Part shown: piece after piece, positions 24,353-28,267 of the stretch | Layout: each line of letters starts with the position of its first letter | How positions within the stretch are numbered: the first letter of the stretch is position 1 | IMG/VR virus record: IMGVR_UViG_3300020045_008361 | Coordinates: 1 to 28,267 of that record | Reading direction: 5' to 3' (one strand) | DNA length: 28,267 nt | DNA from: a virus | Lineage: Duplodnaviria; Caudoviricetes | Notes under the pieces: model-generated | The model's database searches: none | The model's input: only the letters and a program-made list of their open reading frames with translations | Told to the model about the DNA's origin: nothing | Position numbers and translations under genes: made by a program

Positions 24353-26917
24353 CTAAAGTTTTTCTAATTCATTTTGAGTGTGATCTTTTTGCGTCTCACG
24401 AACAGGGGTTTCGTTGGCGACTACGGGCTTGTTTAAGATACGCCCCCAAGCATCTTGTATTTCCTGGCGAAGCGTTGGGTTATTGAACGATGGCGCTGAA
24501 TCTCCGATTAAGGCCACTTGTCCTTTTTCTCTGCGAGACTGCAATAACTCAACCATGAGTTTGAAGGTATCTCCGTCCCCCAACGACTCGCCCACATCTT
24601 CAGAGAACCCGGCCATCCTTGCATTGACAAGAGGTTTGGATATTTTCCTGATGTTTTCTATGTTCCCATCGGAAAGCCGTGGATAAGTAACCGCCGTGGG
24701 TGCGCTTTGAGTAGAGGCGTTGGCTGTGTTGTTGGCTGGCTTCCTGTTAGGGTTAACCAAAATGTCAGGTTCTCCTTGTGGAGCCACTTGTGATACCGGG
24801 GTTGCCACCGGAACAGCGAGACTCTGCAAATGCTGCTCTGCGGCCGCAACGGTATTGATCGCTGCGCTGAACGTGGTCTTGGGCTTGCCGTCTACCGGGG
24901 CGGACTCGATGCCGACTCTACCGGTAGGTGATGCAACTATCTTGTGGATGGTCCCGGCCGCATCGGTTACTTGAGCGGGTTGAACTGGCAGGGGGCTCTC
25001 CTGAATGGGTGATGTTCCATCGCTTCCCAATACCTCTTGTCTTGCAGGAGCTTCATTTCTTCCTGGGATGGCGCCCACGGCTTCTGATCCGCCCGCCACA
25101 TATGCAATTGCTCCTGGTCCGGGTCTTTCATCGACCACATCGCTTCTTTGCGGACCTGGCTGTAATGTTCGCTGTCCATTCTGTGCCTCCTGTGTCTGAT
25201 GGGCCTGCGGTGCGGTGGCCTGGGCCGGAGTGAACACCTTCCACCCGGTTAATTCAACCCCGTCCTGGTCGTGCAGTTTATAGACCTTCCGGCCATCAGG
25301 GAGCGTGCCGGTCTGGAGGGCGTCATTCTTTTTGTCCTGCTTGATTCCGGTGATGGTTGAAGACTCTTCCGGGGAAAGAACTTTTCCGTATTGGTTTTGG
25401 CGGATCTCAATAGGTACTGGTTCGGATCGCTGCCCGGTGACCATGGGGGTGGGGCGAATTATGACTTCCTGGTCCGTTTGAGCCACTGGCCCTGATTGCG
25501 CTGATTCAGCATTACTTGCATCCGCCTTCATCTGCTCAAACTTGCGACCGCGCATCCTGGAATCAGCCTGGCCCTGCACTGACATGGCCTGGTCCGCAAG
25601 GTTGTCGAAGGTTTCGTTTGTGAACGATTCCGATGTGTCTGGAATATTGACGCCAACCGGCTGAGCCGATGGGGTTATCGCTGCATCCTTTACGGGGAAA
25701 GCCCCGGAGAACGCACGCTCTATGTCCTGATTGATTGGGTCAACTGGAGCGGTCGGTGCCGGTGGTCCGGGCTGGATAGGGGTGATTGTCGCTACCGGAG
25801 GCGCTTGCTGTTGATTGGGATCGATGGGTGTTCCGGCTGGATCGGCGGGAATCGTTTGCCCTGGTTTGGTCGCATACTGATACGCCTTCTGGCCGGCGAA
25901 CATTCCGGCGCTCTGCCCGATAGACGAAAACGCCTCAAGCGCTGCGTTCTTTGCGTCATACTCACCGGTTGCAAGGCCGGTACCCAGATACTCGCCCGCT
26001 CCTTCCCCGATAGGGTCGAGCGATGCAGCGCCAACATTCCTGGCTACGTTACCCATGCCCTTCTGTGCTGCTTGGTAAGCGGCGTCAGTGCCCAATCTCT
26101 CCATGAAAACCGGAGTCTGGATAGCCGACTTGACCGCCACCTTGTCGGTAAGATCTACGCCCAGTTCTCCCAGGATGCGAGCGGTCGCAACTTTGGCCGG
26201 CTGGTTGAGAATGCCACCGGTAAGCGCTGTCATGGCCGTGTCGATAGCGCCAATTACTGCCCCTTTTATCCCGGCCTTCTTCAAAATCTCGTTTGAATTT
26301 TCTTGGAGATATTTGGTGATGGCGGAATGGTCGTCCATATCCACGTTGGCATTTTGCAAACTGCCCATGGCTATCTCGGGGGCCTCAACCGAAGCATTTC
26401 CCGCGGAAGCGCCCACGAACGCACCGCCAGCAATACCCCATGGCCCTGCTGGAGATCCAGCGACACCGCCAGCAACCATGCCCGCTGTGGGGACAAACAT
26501 ATTGGGGACTTGCTCGACAATACCCTCGCCCATTGCCCTGGCGTTCCTGCCTAATCCTTTCAGGGCAGATATAGCGTCGGGAGCTTCGCGCCAATCCTTG
26601 GCGATTTCGCCACCGACCTCCTTGATACCTCCCGTGATTTCGTCGCCACGTTGCCACGCTTCGGATAAATCCTTACCCTCTGGTATTCCTGGATTCTTGC
26701 GTCGATACTCGATTGAATCTATCAGGTTCTTAGCGGCTGATTCGTTATCCCCGGTTACTAGATTGGTGGACAGTTTTGCGGCGGTCTTTGCCTGTTCCAT
26801 CCCTCTCGACCATGGGCCGTCAGGATTTCTCCCCAACAACTCGTTTTCATCAAGATAGCCGTCAACGTTGACCTTTGCCGGTTTCATCAACTCGTTTATG
26901 TCGAGATAATCGCTCAT
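24353..26917 (-). CDS. GC-rich large Ala/Gly/Pro-rich protein resembling the N-terminal part of podovirus internal virion/ejection proteins; probably truncated and fused at its 3' end
   Basis: AAGGA Shine-Dalgarno; Gly/Ala hydrophobic GGAFVGASAG segment; EGAGEYLG motif; Pro/Gln linker; last ~12 codons AT-rich. Confidence 0.65.
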   Translation of the reverse strand: MSDYLDINELMKPAKVNVDGYLDENELLGRNPDGPWSRGMEQAKTAAKLSTNLVTGDNESAAKNLIDSIEYRRKNPGIPEGKDLSEAWQRGDEITGGIKEVGGEIAKDWREAPDAISALKGLGRNARAMGEGIVEQVPNMFVPTAGMVAGGVAGSPAGPWGIAGGAFVGASAGNASVEAPEIAMGSLQNANVDMDDHSAITKYLQENSNEILKKAGIKGAVIGAIDTAMTALTGGILNQPAKVATARILGELGVDLTDKVAVKSAIQTPVFMERLGTDAAYQAAQKGMGNVARNVGAASLDPIGEGAGEYLGTGLATGEYDAKNAALEAFSSIGQSAGMFAGQKAYQYATKPGQTIPADPAGTPIDPNQQQAPPVATITPIQPGPPAPTAPVDPINQDIERAFSGAFPVKDAAITPSAQPVGVNIPDTSESFTNETFDNLADQAMSVQGQADSRMRGRKFEQMKADASNAESAQSGPVAQTDQEVIIRPTPMVTGQRSEPVPIEIRQNQYGKVLSPEESSTITGIKQDKKNDALQTGTLPDGRKVYKLHDQDGVELTGWKVFTPAQATAPQAHQTQEAQNGQRTLQPGPQRSDVVDERPGPGAIAYVAGGSEAVGAIPGRNEAPARQEVLGSDGTSPIQESPLPVQPAQVTDAAGTIHKIVASPTGRVGIESAPVDGKPKTTFSAAINTVAAAEQHLQSLAVPVATPVSQVAPQGEPDILVNPNRKPANNTANASTQSAPTAVTYPRLSDGNIENIRKISKPLVNARMAGFSEDVGESLGDGDTFKLMVELLQSRREKGQVALIGDSAPSFNNPTLRQEIQDAWGRILNKPVVANETPVRETQKDHTQNELEKL

Positions 26918-26928
26918 GGATATCCTTT
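26918..26928 (-). promoter_or_regulatory. Shine-Dalgarno site (AAGGA-TATCC-ATG)
   Basis: Minus strand reads TAATAAAGGATATCCATG. Confidence 0.7.
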
Positions 26929-26929
26929 A

Positions 26930-28267
26930 TTATTTTTTTACAGCAGGCTTGAATCCTTTTCCATCCCAGACAACCACCTGTCCGTTATTGGCGGTATATT
27001 CAATGCCTGTTTTGTAGTCCTTGGGGTCGGATGGCATTGGTGTTCCCCCTGCGGCATTCCCCCCAATCTTACCCGTATCTCTCGGGTCTGACCGATTCAC
27101 GGCGAATGATTCTTTCGTGGGATAAAGCGCTCCCGGAGCAGTGTACTCATTATGGGTTATGTCATACGCAGGCGCCTTGGGCTCTTTGGCGTTCAGTGCA
27201 AACAGATCCTCTTGCAGGCGTTTACGCTCTACCGGATCTTTGGAGTTCATGTATTTATTCTGCAGATCGAGAGTCTGCCGAGCAGATGCGGCTATGAGGC
27301 TCTTGCCCTCCACATCAGCAGCATTAACTCCCAATTGCCCCACCATCTGCTGGCGCTCGATATCGTTACGGTCATTCTGCCCCCTGGAGAGGAGGAGCGC
27401 TCTTGAGTTCTGCCCAGCCTCGTCAATTGATTTCAGCCCTGCTGATGCGGCCTGTCCGGTAGCGGTACGGTAGTTCTCCATCTGCTGCTGATACATGAGG
27501 TTCCGACTTTTCCACCCTATGCCACTCTCAGGTCCAAGCATCGTTGGCTGTGTAGGGGCCGCGTCTTCAGGGTGCAGGCTTGGTGTTCTAGTCGGCCCCA
27601 TACTTCCGTTTCCTGCATTCATCCTGGCGAATTGCTCTTGCATTGCCGCGGTGGTCTGGGCATTGACCCCAGTGGGAGCATTGAACGCTGCCGCGTCTCT
27701 TGCGCTTCCGGTAAACTCGTAACCGTTGGCGTTGGTGGTGCCTTGCTCGGCTGAACTTCCGACCGTGCGAGATCCCCTGGTAGCCGTACCGGTTGGGTTA
27801 GCTGCCGAAGTGGTAAGCGATCCGCTCCCCCCATTCTGCGACATTGATAACGTCTTGGTGCCATCCCCGTTGTATCTGGTTATCATGGCGCCTGTCGCTG
27901 GAGACAATGCGGGCCTGCCGTTGGGAGATGCCCCAGGAGCAGGGGATGGCGGAAAAACTCCACCATGAGATGGCAAAGGTTGAAGGTCGGGGCTGAATAC
28001 CTTCGGCGCAGGCGCCTGGATGGGCTGTCTTGCGGCAGGAGCCGGTCCAGTTCCCGCGTAAGCATCGGCAGGAACACCCATCTCTGCCACCTGGGGTAGC
28101 CGGAGATTCATCGGTCTCTGCGACAAAGGCTGATCACTCCCCGTAATGGCAGCGTATGCGGTGTCCATTCTCCCCACGCCCAGCTTCTTATTCATGTCGA
28201 GGGTTGGCTTGACAAAGTTATCATTTACATACCCGGCAGCGTCTCCCTGCAAGCCAGCAACGTGCTT
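26930..28267 (-). CDS. GC-rich low-complexity protein, likely an internal virion/ejection protein; 5' end outside the window
   Basis: Frame stays open upstream of the tracked TTG (KHVAG) to the edge; P/G/A/Q-rich; ends in YTANNGQVVVWDGKGF. Confidence 0.6.
   Translation of the reverse strand, partial: KHVAGLQGDAAGYVNDNFVKPTLDMNKKLGVGRMDTAYAAITGSDQPLSQRPMNLRLPQVAEMGVPADAYAGTGPAPAARQPIQAPAPKVFSPDLQPLPSHGGVFPPSPAPGASPNGRPALSPATGAMITRYNGDGTKTLSMSQNGGSGSLTTSAANPTGTATRGSRTVGSSAEQGTTNANGYEFTGSARDAAAFNAPTGVNAQTTAAMQEQFARMNAGNGSMGPTRTPSLHPEDAAPTQPTMLGPESGIGWKSRNLMYQQQMENYRTATGQAASAGLKSIDEAGQNSRALLLSRGQNDRNDIERQQMVGQLGVNAADVEGKSLIAASARQTLDLQNKYMNSKDPVERKRLQEDLFALNAKEPKAPAYDITHNEYTAPGALYPTKESFAVNRSDPRDTGKIGGNAAGGTPMPSDPKDYKTGIEYTANNGQVVVWDGKGFKPAVKK

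Noticed and set aside
24350-24420. Prophage att site or host-phage boundary
   Set aside because: Both sides look phage-like, the break falls within an ORF, and no integrase, tRNA or core repeat is present.
26088-26858. 256-aa plus-strand ORF and the other antisense ORFs (e.g. 13232..13726, 25805..26296)
   Set aside because: Shadow frames of real minus-strand genes, with no motifs or expression signals.

Overview
Nearly the whole window is phage DNA, and it appears to be two unrelated genomes joined near 24,370-24,400. Left part (1-~24,380): AT-rich (about 30-35% GC by eye), with Bacteroidetes/Flavobacterium-type TAnnTTTG promoters and A-rich leaders lacking Shine-Dalgarno sites. It is a myovirus, almost all on the minus strand. 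Gene order is Sak4-like ATPase, lambda-exo/YqaJ-like nuclease, small early genes, lambda-like head (S49 protease/scaffold, decoration protein, major capsid), then a Mu-like contractile tail (sheath, tube, frameshifted chaperone, tape measure, baseplate, two paralogous fibres, hub, spike). Portal and terminase are not in the window. The distal tail module is interrupted by promoter-bearing inserts: an opposite-strand orphan gene, a NUMOD4-HNH-AP2 endonuclease, and two small-gene cassettes behind a duplicated promoter/operator/hairpin element. These cassettes include three unannotated 26-30 aa membrane peptides. The most unusual signal is a cis-RNA architecture found twice with little shared sequence, upstream of the HNH gene and of the orphan gene. 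It runs promoter, 5' 9-11 nt tag, long hairpin whose loop is the exact complement of the tag, U-tract, ATG, and is a candidate pseudoknot/attenuator. Right part (~24,390-28,267): GC-rich (about 55-60% by eye), uses a Shine-Dalgarno site, and encodes low-complexity proteins resembling podovirus internal/ejection proteins. All product calls come from motifs and synteny; no database search was run.
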